Shown here: positions 38,358 through 52,030 of the stretch, piece by piece
Position numbering within the stretch: position 1 is the stretch's first letter
How the letters are laid out: each line of letters begins with the position of its first letter
From: Amphiscolops sp. MND2022
Lineage: Eukaryota
Assembly: GCA_964187785.1 (NCBI GenBank)
Contig: OZ076409.1
Coordinates: 40,798,001-40,862,000 of the forward strand
Length of the DNA stretch: 64,000 nucleotides
Direction: 5' to 3'
Notes under the pieces: generated by a model
The model's input: only the letters and a program-made list of their open reading frames with translations
Told to the model about the DNA's origin: nothing
Databases searched by the model: none
Position numbers and translations under genes: made by a program

Positions 38358-41300
38358 TGGTGACAGGAGACAACGAGTCTCCAAAACCTGTTCCCGAGTT
38401 TCTTACGGGACACATCCCGCCACGAACGGTAGTCAACTACTCTACTTCTGATCACAATGATTCCCTTGATGCCACATTGCCTGCTCTAGAACAAGATCCT
38501 CCGATGACCGTACAAGACCCAAATCACAGACTAGTCGATGTATTGACTACTATACAGAACCGACCCTCAGCTCAACAGCCACTAACTATCTGTTCAAACA
38601 ACTCTTCTGCGATGACCTTTGAGAGAAAAAAAAGAAAAACTTGAACTTTTTGAGAATCTTTTTCATACAATGATCAAATTGCAACCGGAGATGTCGGAGC
38701 AGATGAAATGTATTCATTTTCATTCACTCCTCCGCAAAGGGGCACTACAAACATTCCGGAATATCGACACAAGCAACAGACAAACTCTCGAAGATTTGTT
38801 TGTAATCTTCAGACGGAAATACGTTAAACTCGCGTCCTATGCGAGGGCCAGACAAATGGCACCATCTGATCTTTGACCCCAACACAATGAAACTACCAGA
38901 TTTTCTCGCGGAGTTGAATCAAGGGGCAGAAAAGCATTCGGAGATTTTGCCCAAAGCTTGATCGACAGTCTCCTCTATGCGGAATTACCCTCAAACTTAA
39001 GAGATCAGATAACATGGCTCGTCTTGAGAATGGTTCGTACGCCGAATTTGTTGTCCATCCTGAGATGGAAGCCCAAAAACTTTCTCTCCAGCGAACTACT
39101 CAGTGACACCGTCTGCAACTATTGCAAGGAAAAAGGTCATATGGTCAAGGACTGTGAAAAACTCAAAACAAAAAAGGAGAAGGATGCCCAAAAGGGCTCT
39201 AGCCAATTCAAAAGAAAACATACGCTAAGTGTGGGACTTGTGGCAAGACAAATCACCCCGAGGAACGAAATTGGCAAGGTGCAGAAGCACATCTCAAGCC
39301 TAAACGTATTAGGCCCGAAGTCTCATTCGATAGCAATCCGGAATAAAAAAGCGCCCAAATCCCACCATAGCTCCACATCGTCCAGCTCTCAGTCTGCATC
39401 ACAAAAGGACCACTGAAAAAAAACTAATTTTGCCACGACTCCAACACAACCATCAGGTATCAGTCCGACAATATGTCAGATTTGATTCTCCAAACAAAAT
39501 TTTCCATAAATATCAACAACAATTGATGGAGTATCCCTCTGTTGTACGGCAGCAACATATGGAGAAAGCAACTCTCATTACATAAAACAACACCGATTTG
39601 TATCAAAAACCACTTCCTATTTGAGATCCTGATTACACTACAAACTTCACTACCCGATTCGGGCCCATTCCCCTCATTGAGAATTACAATCCAACGTACA
39701 TCGATCCAGACAAAAGCAGAGATCTCTTTTGGGACACTGAAACTTATAACCAAGACTTGCTCCAATTTCAGCAAGTTCTGAACGATATTGAACTCTACCA
39801 GAGAACAGTCCATGAGAATCCTCTAATAATCCATAACAAGAAAACACGGGCACTCATCGGAATTTGGCAAATGAATGATGGCATACCCATTCGGTCTTTC
39901 CGAATCTTTTTGGATCTGAGAACAATGAGTCTGCAACATACAAAACTCCCCAGTCCCTATTAGACAAAAACAATTTTAAAATGTGCTAGTCCCCAAGGTG
40001 GGTGAACCCGACTGTATACCCCTCTGTACCAATATCAACCTCATATACAAAAAAGCATGCTGTACTTCCTGATGGACTTTGGGGAACTAACCATAGACAG
40101 CCTAATCGGCAATGGTGCCTTATCCAGCGCAAATCCTGAAATGGACCTCAGGAAAATTCGCTCACTTTCTCCACAATCAAATATCCAAAAAGGGTCTACT
40201 CCAAACTTCCCAATAATGGTGGCTAATGGACAATTACAAACCCCTAACGGTACCATTGAATTGAAATTCGAGGTTGGTGATATCGAGTTTCATAAAATCT
40301 CCATTGTAATGGAGAACCTAACGGACCTCCTATTGGATTATGGGTCCTTCAGAGGAGTCATACAGTTTTGGAGATGAGACAAGGCATTTACACTTCCCAT
40401 TTTTTTCGATGCTGCTCAAGACAGCTGATCATCGGTACTTTAACGTCCTTGAACCTATTCTCATAATGTCTGAAATCACCATTCCACCAAACGATCGAGT
40501 CCTAAACAGGACAAATTCTCAAATCTATCCTAATGAAACTTCTGTCACTAGGATTGTGCAGCCCAGTGACCGTTTGCCTGAAGAAGGAGATATCATCCTC
40601 TGTTCAGCAATAGTTACCCTAAACGAAAGCAAGATTCAGAGATCAGTATCAAACTCAAAAAAAGCTGCATATTGCCAGTTTTCTGTCATGACACCGGAAG
40701 AAATGCAGTGTGAAACCAATTGACCCAGCATCAACTTGGTATGTATTACATAACGACCTGGAGCATGCTGCCCATTGTGTCAACAGTCTCATTAGAAAGA
40801 ACAAAAACCCTCAAAACTCCGAAAAACATTAGTTTGTTACTCCAAAAAACACCGAAAACCCGAGGAACATACGACTATCCAGAAAAAGATCCTAGATGAG
40901 TAGCAAGCCTTACAAGACGCGGAGACACTCAACCCCACAAAAGATGAAGAATCCAGGAGGAAAATCCTAGGAAACTTTGACTGGAAGGACTCCACCCTAG
41001 CGCCCGATGAAATTGCGCGAATTGAACTATTATTTGTGGAATTCCATGACATTTTCAACCGACACCGATTCGACATCGGCATGAATGAGGAATTCAAGGT
41101 GAAATTAACACCCAGGTACGCTTCCTCAGCGTATAGCCAAAGTTTTCTAGGGCCAATCGACCTTAAAGATGACATACTCGTCGAATTGGCCATACTAAAC
41201 AGATATGCTATAATTACAACTCTTTCATTTTTAAAACATGCCAGCCCAATATTTGCGCAGAAAAAACTAACGTCGATTATTAGTAGACTTGAGAAAAATG

Positions 41301-43850
41301 AATAACCTAATTTCGGACGCATATGTAAATAAAAATCACCCTGTTAGCACTTCTGCTGATGCTGCCCAGCACAGATGCAGCCGATGCTGCTGATGCTGCC
41401 CAACAAAAATTTTTTCTGTAAAATGGACTGTTCACAGGCATACCACTGCCTACAGATGACCAACCAGCGCTCAATGAAGATGATGGCATTTAACTTTGCC
41501 AGCCGCACAGCTGCGTACACACGTTTGGCCCAAGGCTTGAGCCGGGCACTTTCCGCATTTTCCAGTTATATTAGAGAATACCTTGATAACGTCATCAAGG
41601 CGGAACAATGTGCTCAGTATGTGGACGACATCGACATCGGAGCCAATGGCGCCGACCACCTCATCGCAAACCTGAGAGTAACTTTCAAGTGCATCCAGGA
41701 GGCAGGCCTTAAACTCACAATGCATAAATGCCACTTCTGGGCAACGGAAATTGACTTCGTCGGACGAACCATCACTCCCCAAAGCGTGAAACCCCAGAAG
41801 CAAAAATTCAGAAGTTTCTCGGAAAAACTAATTTCCCGAAGTCGAGAAAGGCTTTACAACGTTATTCGGGAATTCTGAATTATTACCGCAACTACGTCCT
41901 GAGACTGTTCAAACACCTACAAGATGCTCAAAAGTGACAAAAAAGTACTATTATGTAATGAATTGATTCAACAATTTGAGGAAATCAATAAAGCCCTTGG
42001 CAAATGTTGCGATCTAGCTCTCCAGCAGCGGCTTCCTAAAAAACAAGTCACTCTGATGACGGACGCCAGTTTTGCCGCTGCCGGACATGCAGTCCTCATA
42101 AAGATCCTAACCAGAAACTTACCTCACTCCGCAAATCATATACCCCAGTGACTTTTGGATCCAAAACTTTCACCCCAGACCAGATCAAGATGTCCTATAC
42201 ACAAAAAATTCCTTGCAATGTATTTTGCATTCAAGGAATTCCGGCATATTCTCTGGGAGCGCCCAAACCGGTCATCATCTTCACCGACAATAAATTTATA
42301 ACGCGATTCTTCGAGACACAGATCGTTCCCCAAGCCCTGTGGAACGCTTGTGACTATTTCGTACAATTAAATTTTGTCATACCCCACATACGAGACCCAG
42401 CAATCTCTCGATGAAACCGGAAATGTGAAATACTATCAACCGCAACTTTCACTGCAGGAAATGCTTCATGAGACAGCGCACAAGCAACCTGGTATATCGA
42501 AGATAATGCGAGAAACTTCACAAAAGCTCTATTGCCCTAGCATAGCGAAACACGTCAAAAAGGGGGAAGAAGGGTGTCAACAATGCGCAGAGGACAAGCA
42601 AGTCCCTAATGACAACGATCTTGCCTGAACTTCTCAACTTGCCGAAATGGCACCTTGGACTCCAAGACGCTATGCAAATTGACCTTTTGCCGAATCTCCC
42701 ACCACGTGGAGGATGTGAAAACGTAGTTAGAGCTATTGATGAGTTCTCACCTTACTTATTCGCGTATCTTCTTTAGATGCGTCAGCGATCAACGTGGCGA
42801 AGGTTCTCATTGACATCATAACTAAGCTCAAATATTTACCGACAACATTGATTACTGAGAAAGGAACTGCATTTACCTCCACAAGTTTTGCGGAAATTAC
42901 ACAACTTATTGTGGAACAACCAAACATCCGCAAACAATTGGGAAACTCGAACAAACACATGCGTCTTTCAAGACTAACCGCAAAATGGCATGCGAAAAAT
43001 ATCGCCGACAATGGCATAAATACTTGCCCCTTGCAGTTCTAAACCACAATACGAGCTTCTACGCGAGTATTGGCTGCGAACCAACACAGGTATTCTATGG
43101 TTTAGCACCATACAATCTTTGGATCACAAGGTTGGAAATAACCCAAACGAGCGGATTACTCATACAACCGAATTTTTTCCGAAGAAAATAAAAATCGGAA
43201 AAAACTGCTCATCGACGAAACCAAGCAAAACATCATGCACTCCTATCTCAAATATAAGGAGTTTTACGAACGTAAATCAAGAGCAGCTCCACTTAAGGGG
43301 AGTGATCACTGTTTTGTACTGCAACCTAAAGCGGATCATCAAGGGTCGCAAATCTTTTTTCGGGATTACTGTTGGGTGGGCCCGTTCATAGTACAAAAGA
43401 TTTTACCCAACGGAAACTATAAAATACGCCGACTCAAAACGAATAAAACGCAGATACTACGTTGCATCAGACTCAAAATACTTGTTCCCAATCAACCATT
43501 TGAAGATAGATTACGTGAAGGAAAATTACAGCAGGATGAAGAAATTATCATTCCGCAATGCGATCTTCACACGATAGCCTGGGAAGCAGACTTTGGTGAG
43601 CAACCAGAGTCACGCGGCAACGCGCCGGATCCGACTCATTTGCCGAGCGGTAAACAACCGGTTACGACAAAGGGCGAGCCAAGTGACGCAGACGAAGACG
43701 AATATATTACATAACGACGAGAGACAGTCTGCAAGACATCAACGAGACGCCGCAGCGGCGAAGAGAAGTACTGAACGAGCCCTAGAGAATGAAAACATAA
43801 CTTCAGGCCCAATCCCAACTCAAACTACTCAGAGGACTTCAGATACTAAA
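38357..43850 (+). pseudogene. Gypsy family A gag-pol (frameshifted): Gag-ZnK-PR-RT-RNaseH-IN
   Basis: CNYCKEKGHMVKDC knuckle; degenerate protease site (LIGNGA); RT MDCSQAYH, QGLS, YVDD (41618-41629); RNase H TDAS; integrase H..PG...CQQC, KGTAFTS, WVGPF; domain order is Ty3/Gypsy. No 3' LTR found. Confidence 0.92.
38358..38372 (+). promoter_or_regulatory. Primer-binding site (TGGTGACAGGAG...)
   Basis: TGG immediately after the LTR-terminal CA; cognate tRNA not determined. Confidence 0.7.
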
Positions 43851-44083
43851 AGAATTGAATTGCGCCCACAATTGAGCGTCTCTTTCTTTCCTTTTTTCCC
43901 CTTTTTTCAGGTCCCTCTTCAGTAGTTTTCGAATAAATTTGGTGACTTCACAAGTAATTCCTCTTAAAATAAGTATGAGGATTAGAAATTATGAAGGAAC
44001 AACATGTGAGCAAAGAAGATTCAATGGTTTGAAAAGTATCGGCGAAGTTTACAATCTGAGTTTACCTAAAAACATTTGTTCAC

Positions 44084-45310
44084 TTAAGATTTAGAAGGAC
44101 CTGGTGTGGGCTCCCCGGCTACTGAAGAGGTAGTTGACTGGGACTTACTCCTCTCAATTTTCCGTCGCTTGCTACCACTCGGTACGTTCAAGGCTGATTC
44201 GTCAGCAACTGAGGAATCCTCTTTGACATCTTTTCGCAAGGAACTCCCTTTGGGCCCAAATAGGACTGATCGATAGGAAGACAACTGCGACTTGTAGATC
44301 TTGTAGATCCTTGACCAACCGAACATTTAAACGCTTTCCCAAGGATCATAAGTCGAGGAGAAGGCATTCCGGCCGAAAGAGTCAGGGAGGAGAGAAAAGC
44401 TGGCAAGATCAGCATCACTTCTTCAGAGGGTGACAGACCCGTGAACCCCAGACAGGTAGCTTTATCCAGGCAAAATGACGTCGGTAAACCGATCTCGATA
44501 TTCTGAAGTATCGATGCTCTCTACGTTTACTGCTGGATATGTAAGGCTAACTGACATGATGCATAGGCAACACAAGTTGAACAAATAAAGGAGGTGCTCT
44601 CGTGTCTGCTGGAGTTCAAGAATCACCATAAAATCTATCAGGTCTCGTGCAGCATCCGTGACGTGTAAATTTGGACGAAAATTGGCCCGGAGATAGTCCA
44701 GAAGCTCGACATACTCGTTTCGGCACGCAGACTCGTTTGCGGCAATAACCCAAGACTGGCGCTGGAACGTGCTGTACAGCATGTCGAAGTGCCGAAGAGC
44801 CACCTCAGTAGGACGCATGAACATAATATAGGGGTCGAAGGCAGCCAATCCCTTGACTATTTTGGAACTGAGTCCAGTCTGGCGCAGAGCCTCACAAAAT
44901 CAGGTACTATATATACACAGTCCATCCTGGACGAACTCGGATTTGATGGTGTCGGCCGTCTTCTGAATTAAGGCTCGGTCCACTCTTTTGCCTGAATGGA
45001 CACCTTCTGTTTTCTGCTTACTGGCAGCAGAGACTTTGTTCGTCGTCATGTTGAAGCGGATGAGAAACTCCTCGCCTGTCATGAAACTTCCCTCCCTAGT
45101 GCGGAAGCCCAAAAGGACGAACCATGAGTTTTCAAGAGGGATGATATCGGACGTGTAGCATCTGATGCACAGACGGTATACGAATCTGGAGACCTCGCCA
45201 CAGAGGTAAAACGATGCATCGCGTCTTTGGTGCATTTTGATGGAGAAATTGGAGTTATCTGCAAACGAGGAAATTGGCCGAACCCGGATCTTAAAAGGAC
45301 ACCTAGACAC
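44084..45310 (-). pseudogene. Decayed ~400-codon ORF of unknown function, antisense to pol
   Basis: ORFs 44900..45310, 44462..44848 and 44084..44326 share one frame, separated by stops; protein-like composition with a basic KRRK tail. Confidence 0.55.
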
Positions 45311-46010
45311 CTAGAACCTAGAACTATAATATACTAACAGTCCCTGACTAGCCGGTGGAAAAATTCCAGTTTGACGAGGAAGCACTCATCTCAGATGAGC
45401 GACCACTCGAAACTCTGCACCTAAACAGGAAGAATCAGAGTGTGATAACAGAAACCTGCCTAGAATAACTTTGAAACCTACAGTAAAATATGGCCTGATA
45501 TGACTACTTTCACTAGTTCTGACACCTTCTCCTTGTTGATGTGGTGCATGCAAGGAAAAGAACCCCAACACAGACTTTCATTTGTCAATTAGCTCCTGGC
45601 AAAGAACGGGTAGAGTCAAAAAATCCAGTTTGCAATTGGCAATAGCCTAAACGGAATGTCCTACATAGATCACTAGTCAATGGCTAGAACCCCACTGTTT
45701 TCCTCTTACTATGGAAGTGTTGAAGAATACTTACTCGAGCAAACGCAGAACTTCGATGGACCCAGTCTTCTGAGAGAGATCCTCCCAAAGAGACATTACA
45801 GTGCCAAAAGTGGGTCTTTTGAATTTTTGCAGTGGAATTCGATGGACGGCAGTTTTGGAAAGCGTGCAGCTAGATATGTTAGTGGAATCCAAACAGGCTA
45901 CAGCGGAATCCTTTGAAAACCAGTGAAAGGCATGTCTAATATTACGTCAGTGGATTTTTGTGATTTAATAGTCTAAAATCGTGCTATCCCACTTTTGGCA
46001 CTGTAATGGA

Positions 46011-47635
46011 TCACCAACTCTCGTAACGTAGAAAAGAATTCGATGTGGCTGAAGACACTATAGCTGGACTTGTGCCAAATCCAACTGCTTCAAGCGGAAT
46101 CACCTCTCGACACCTCCAGAGCATGCCACAACGTCCGCCTTGGTAGAGACGACTGACACTAAACAGGACAACGACACCAACTCTCCTGTCAGTTCCGTGG
46201 CTGGCAACCCTCTTCGGCAAATGAGGAGCCTACAGAGATCTTGACCTTTTCAAAAACGAAGCGACATGAAGCGGTTGGAACTTATATCCTCAAATTCAAT
46301 GGCGAAACACTGTTACGCTATATCTGCCAGGGCACAGTTGAAGAAGTGCTGGAATTTGGCCAGGGAAGGAAACAAGGTTTGAGAACTGACCAAGTTCGTG
46401 ATAGTTAGCCTTATAAAGTGAAACTTACCGTCATGCGTTCTTCGCCTGAATCAAAATCGCAGAGGCTGGCTTAGTGGTCGGTAATGGAGCTGATCCTCGG
46501 CCACAAATTCCGTAAAACAGAGAAAATTCCTTGGGTCTGGATAAAGTCTCCCACAATGCAAAGTTGGGTTTTGGACCGGGACTCAGGAGTGATTGAGGCA
46601 GTTGTTCGGTTTTTGACGGAAACGTCGTAGAAGGGGAACTTCTATCCAATATCGACGAGTTCCGCATGGATAACCTTGTGCAACACCTTGGCTAGTTCAA
46701 TCTTGCTGAAGAAGATTTTTCGCCTCCGACCACGTACCCTGTGATGCACTTTTTTGGTGACCGGGTCAGTGCTCTTAAGTTGTTTTTATCGCCACCTTTG
46801 ATCTCGTCCGAGGGGCTTCGATGGGGGATTTTGATGGTGCCCTTCGTTCGATTGAAATATTTTTCTTGCAATAGTGACACCACACCATATAAAGATTGTG
46901 GAGTGGGTCAGCAGGGCCAGAGATGAACAATCGAGTCCCACCCAATCTTACCGAAAAATTCTTCGCGCATGGGGACTCCGCGCTGGGGTATCCGTTTGCC
47001 CTTTTTGGGCGTCTTGGTCCTGACAGTAACTTGAGATTTCTCCTCCAAAGTCTGTTCCTTCACTTCGAGCAGGGTGGCGTCCTGACAACTTTATTCAGTT
47101 GTCACAGGATCCTTCTTTGCTGGGCCAGTTGCCTGAGTAGAAGTGGTTGGGTTAGTGCTCCTTGTCTTCTTGAAGGACTCTGAAATGAGAGCCGTCTCTC
47201 CTGCACAGTCACTTTACCTGACTGAAGAGGAATCTCCAAGCTCTCCGAAATCAGTTGAATCATGAGCTTCGGACACAGCAGCTGGTAAACCTCCGGATTC
47301 AGCGTCACTTGAATCGCTTTCCTGGATTCGAAGGGCGTTGAAGCTCCGCCTACTCCGGAAGTGATCAGTCATTGATGGGACGGTTGTCGCTTTCACTTTA
47401 AGCTACTAGATCGATAGTCGGACCTTTGGGCATCCGCTTGAACTCTTGTGGTTGACGAATCAAGTCCTTCTTCCGGCTGTATTTGTTTTGATTCGATGCG
47501 CTGCACCAAAGCCTCGGCAAAGGCGTACTCGTCGGGCTCACTGTATGCACTGCGGGGTGAATCAACTGTTCTGGCTAAACTCTGGGGTTCCTGGAGTTGT
47601 TCCAAAGCAGTGGCTGGTTGGTCACTCGTGGACAT
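46011..47635 (-). pseudogene. Second decayed antisense ORF (Ser/acidic N-terminus)
   Basis: MSTSDQP... at 47635, frameshift at ~47395, then ORFs 47214..47396, 46692..46883, 46431..46667 and 46011..46220 all in one frame. Confidence 0.5.
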
Positions 47636-48447
47636 GTTTACTGTAGCCGTAATGTCAGTTGATTCCTTCTCTAAATAAAAAGAGATGAAAATTGGCGGTA
47701 CGCTTCCTCGAAAAGAATCCATTTTACCGCATTCGAAATCTTCCACCGGAAGTGTCAAATGATTCAACCACAACGAGTTAGCACGTGAATTATGATGGAA
47801 ATAGGATGCAAACGTGACCAAAACAGACCTTGATCAAGTTGAATTTGTTCAACAGTAATCGGAAATTCAAACCAACCTGAGTTCGAAGACCTCTTGCTGA
47901 ACTGGGGTCCCTCGGGAGAGATCCTTTCAGGGACAGTTGGGAAGAGTTTGGAGGACAACTCCGGTTGATAGCAGGAAAGATCATAAGGTGACACTCTAAT
48001 GGAGCAGAGGTTAATGGAAAATGTGGAAACGTTCGGAAGATGAAGTGGAAATTAAGATAAATCATTTAGAACGAGAGTTAGAAGAGATTACAAAAAAGAA
48101 ATAATGGAATTGAGAAGTAAAAGTTGGAGTTCGTGACCTACGAAATAAATAAGACTAATATTTTACTTTGGTTATTTACATTGTGAAAAAAGTACATGGA
48201 GTCTGCCAGCGAAGTGTACAAGATTTTCTTCAATATTTACAACTTAGTTAGCCAAAGCGTTACATGGCCGTTTTCCTTCGTTTCGTTCTACCGAATTTCA
48301 TTATTCATTCTTTAATTCTATCAACGGATGAATTTGATTGGCCAAGGCCATTTTGGAAAGGTATGGGACGCGCCCCGTTAATTGCCCTTTTCAGTCAAGT
48401 TTATTTGATGACAACATCTCGAAAGCTTCTCACACCTCTCTAGAAGT

Positions 48448-48795
48448 GGGTGGCTGTAAATAGGTCGAAATTTTCTGGTCGAAAGGACAGAGGTCGAACC
48501 TTTGTTCGAATTGCAGGGATCGAGTGGAATGTGGTCGACTTTTATCGTATTTGTTGTATGGCTCGGTCGCTTCGCTCCCTTCGCCAAGTAGCAACATTGA
48601 GGCATGGCCATATGGCACGTCGCTCCGCTTCGCTTCGCTCCTGCATTCAGGGCACTAGGGGTATGTGAACATATCTGACTACGTTATGAAAATTTCGATC
48701 CCAGTTGTTTCGATCCCATTCAAAAATTTGGTTTGTCGACCTGATGACTAACTCTGATTTTCGATCCCGTTCCTTCGACCTACTTCCGCCCACCC
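48448..48795. mobile_element. Mutator/foldback-like MITE
   Basis: Termini GGGTGG/CCACCC, arms with GGTCGAA/TTCGACC motifs, 9-bp TSD TCTAGAAGT (48439-48447, 48796-48804). Confidence 0.75.
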
Positions 48796-48930
48796 TCTAG
48801 AAGTGAGTGGTGATAGGGGGAAGAGTACGCCTTTGATCTAATTGATTGGGTCTAATGGAATTAGATCTAACTGTTAGGTCTAACTTTCAGATCTGATTTT
48901 ATCTAAACTACTTAGGTCTAACCCTTTTAT

Positions 48931-49191
48931 GGGATTGCATGAAATGGGTCGAATGAAATAGGTCGAAAAGAATTAGGTCGACCCTTTTGGTCGAATAACT
49001 TAGGTCGAATTGACTGAGGTCGAATTGGGTCGAATGGACTTGGGTCGAAATCAATATGTTGTCTCCCTTGAACTTGGCATTTTTCAAGGTCAACCCAAGT
49101 CCATTCGACCCAATTCCGAAATGGTGAAGATTCGACCCATGGCACAGGAGGCCGATTCGACCCATTTCTTTCGACCCATTTCCGTTCACCC
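48931..49191. mobile_element. Mutator/foldback-like MITE (GGTCGAA arms)
   Basis: GAAATGGGTCGAA ... TTCGACCCATTTC; periodic GGTCGAA left and TTCGACC right; flanking direct repeat CCCTTTTAT(G). Confidence 0.7.
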
Positions 49192-49473
49192 CCTTTTATG
49201 ATCTAAAATGTGTTCTGAAAGCGAAAATATAATGTGGGACATATGCGATGTATGCACGCTCGCCCTCACCGTCGAAAAGACCAGCTCCCACTACGATCGT
49301 TTCGCGATCCCCGTTCCCGCTAGGTCTTTGCTCGGCGGTGGGCGTTTGGATCGAATGAATTTGCGCGAATATGCAATCTGTCACTGAGATCGAAGTAAAA
49401 TGGTCAAAGAAAATGAGATCGAATCCATGTTTTCAAATACCTAGCGTTTTCAAATAACAATGTTTTTGGCCGT

Positions 49474-49906
49474 CGGATATGCCCCCCATTTCCTCTAATG
49501 CCCCGCGGCCCCTTGGGGCCGCTTATGTTCCCATCTTGCTAAGCGAGGTCGAACAGGAGCAAAGACCTAGCGGAAACGGAGATCGCGAAGCGATCGTAAG
49601 GGGAGCTGGTCCTTGCGACGGTGAGGGCGAGCGTGCATACACCGTATATGATCCCATATTAGGTGGGGAAAACTACCTAAATAATTTTAAACGCTTTTAA
49701 ACACTTTACAGGAGCAGAAACCTAGCAAAACCGGAAAAGTTCGATCTCATAACCTTCGATCCATTTTCGATCTCGCTTTTCGCTCACACAAAAATTCGAT
49801 CCAAAAATACCCCACCCTTTGCTCCTGTTCGACCTCGCTTGGCAAGATGGGAATATAAGCGACCCCAAGGGGCCGCGGTGTACTAGAGGAAATGGCGACA
49901 TATCCG
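49474..49906. mobile_element. MITE with ~90-bp TIRs
   Basis: 49474-49565 (CGGATATG...CCCATCTTGCTAAGCGAGGTCGAACAGGAGCAAAG) is the reverse complement of 49817-49906. Confidence 0.7.
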
Positions 49907-51369
49907 AGGCACGTTTTATACTTTATATCATTTTTTAGTTGTAGATCCCAATTGACTTATTTTTTCTCAAATTAGATCAAATTAGAAGAGATTTTCAGAC
50001 CTGGTTATTTAGATCAATATATTTAGATCTCAGTTTTGCCCCCTCTCTCGGGTCTATTTCATTAGACCTGATTCCACGTGGCCACAGGGGGTACACAAAC
50101 TGATTTCAAATGCCCCGTTAGGAAAAGAATTCCATTCAAGAATTCTATTGCTAATTTAACGATGAATTCAGGAAAAACTCGTCGTGTATATTTTTGTCAA
50201 ACTTTTCTCAGAAGGTTGGATGATAAAAACATGTACTGGTTCTCAACGAGTGCTACAATTTTGGCAGACTGAATCATTTTTTCAAGAGATAGAACCATAA
50301 TGCGCATCCAGTTTTTCAACAGTTCCGATAACTTTTCCAGTTCTTGTATTTTCTTTTCCAATGCGTCTGCCTGCGTTTTCGGGCCGAGGTGTGAACCAGG
50401 AATGATAAGTTCACCTTTCGTTGTTGTTTTGATCTCGGGCAGATTTTTTGGAAAGATGTTGAAGCTGTCGATCGCCGTTTTTCAGTGGTCTTTTTTGAAG
50501 CCAAACGTTATGGGTAATGTAATTGCTCACTTGGCTCAATGTCTTTTGGTTTAACGCATTTAACCAGTTGGCCTACTCTTTCAAAGCCAATTATCTCGGA
50601 TACTGGTCACTTGGCTCAAAATCACGAAGTTGAAAATACGTGGCAAATTTTGTCCAAATAAGTTTTATAACGTAGTCGATAATGTTCACCTAACCCTAGA
50701 GCCCTAAATGCAGGAGCGAAAAGGAGCGACGTGCCATATGTTCATGCCTCAATATTGCTACCTGGCTAGTGAAGCTACTACAACATTCATTCTCAACGTT
50801 TTGTAGTTTTTTTCGTTTCTTGGCCTTTTCTTTAAACTTCAATTCTGTTTAGTCTATGATGAGTTGTCTTTTAAATTAGTGAAAAGGTGAACAAATGTGT
50901 GAATTAAAAGCTTTTCGAACATAATAGTTCATCATCAGTAATCTGAAAGAGCCTCGAATAGGGTAATAAGTATTAGGAATGAAAAATGGAAGAATCAAAC
51001 CTGATGAAATGACAGGTACTGTCGAACAAGACGCCCGCTAAGCACCGGGATATTTTCCGCTCCTTTGACCTTCAACTGGGCCATAGCTATTTTGAGAGGG
51101 GGGATTTTTAGATCATAGCTATTTTAGATCTTATTCCTGTCCTGAAATTTTATATCTTATTCCCTTTAGATCTCATTCCCTGTTTTTACTTTAGATATTA
51201 TCCCTCTTCTAAGCTAAGTGAGTGAGAGAGTGTAGGTAGAGAACAGTGAATGAAGTGAAGAGTCGATTTATGGCGGAATTTGGGGAAAACGCATCACAGA
51301 TAATGAAAATAACAAATCAATTAGCTAAATTAGCTTTGATTGAAAAGCATAGTTGAATGCGTGCTGCCG

Positions 51370-52030
51370 AAACTCCTCTCTTATTGATGGAATAGTCTCA
51401 TCGTTTGATGAAAACTGTCTCCAATGCTAAGAGGTGTATGTTGTTTGATATTGTCCCGAGTATCTCCACGTTGTCATGTGCCAAGCTTGCACTGCATGCT
51501 GTAAAATGTTGCCTCACAGTAGTGCTAGCTCGTGCATGTTCTTTGGTTCTCGGCAGCAGGTGTCGAGCTGTTTGACTGATTTAGGTCCACTAACACGTGG
51601 GTTACATGATTTCGTTGAAGACATTGCTTCTGAGAATCTTTGGAACATAACACTTCAAGAACCATGTTTGCGATCTCGGTTTAGTTGAAGTGAGCACGTT
51701 GACGTTCAGCACCTTCTTGACCTTTTCGACTCAGTGATCCCAGGTAATCTACTTCCCCGATAATCCAAGCCAAGAAAAAATTCGTTTGAACCAACATTGC
51801 GACTGTCATTGTTTTTCTGTGGGCTTCCAATGAGAATGTTTCTCAGCGGCACTCGTTATCATCTAGATTTGGATGCCTTGGGAAATTGATTGTTCCTGAG
51901 AATATTTTGGGCATCTCTAAGACAGGAATCAAAATCAAACCAAGTGATGTTGGATGCGAAAATGCGATGCACGAAGCCTTGCAATAACGCTTTCTCATGC
52001 AGTTCAGGAGCAACGCAATGATGGTTCATT
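51370..52030 (-). mobile_element. Penelope-like retroelement relic (RT C-terminal region + GIY-YIG endonuclease)
   Basis: MNHHCVAP..HEKALLQGFVHRIF...W.DFD.CL..AQNILRNNQFP, then LRSNVFNEIM*PTC*WT*ISQTARHLLPRTKEH...VRQHFTAC...LLALETVFIK...IN. Confidence 0.8.

Noticed and set aside
48655..48675. AGGGGG-TATGTG as PPT plus 3' LTR of family A
   Set aside because: Does not match TGTCGCAGGC; lies inside a MITE and is the inverse of the repeat at ~50680-50700.
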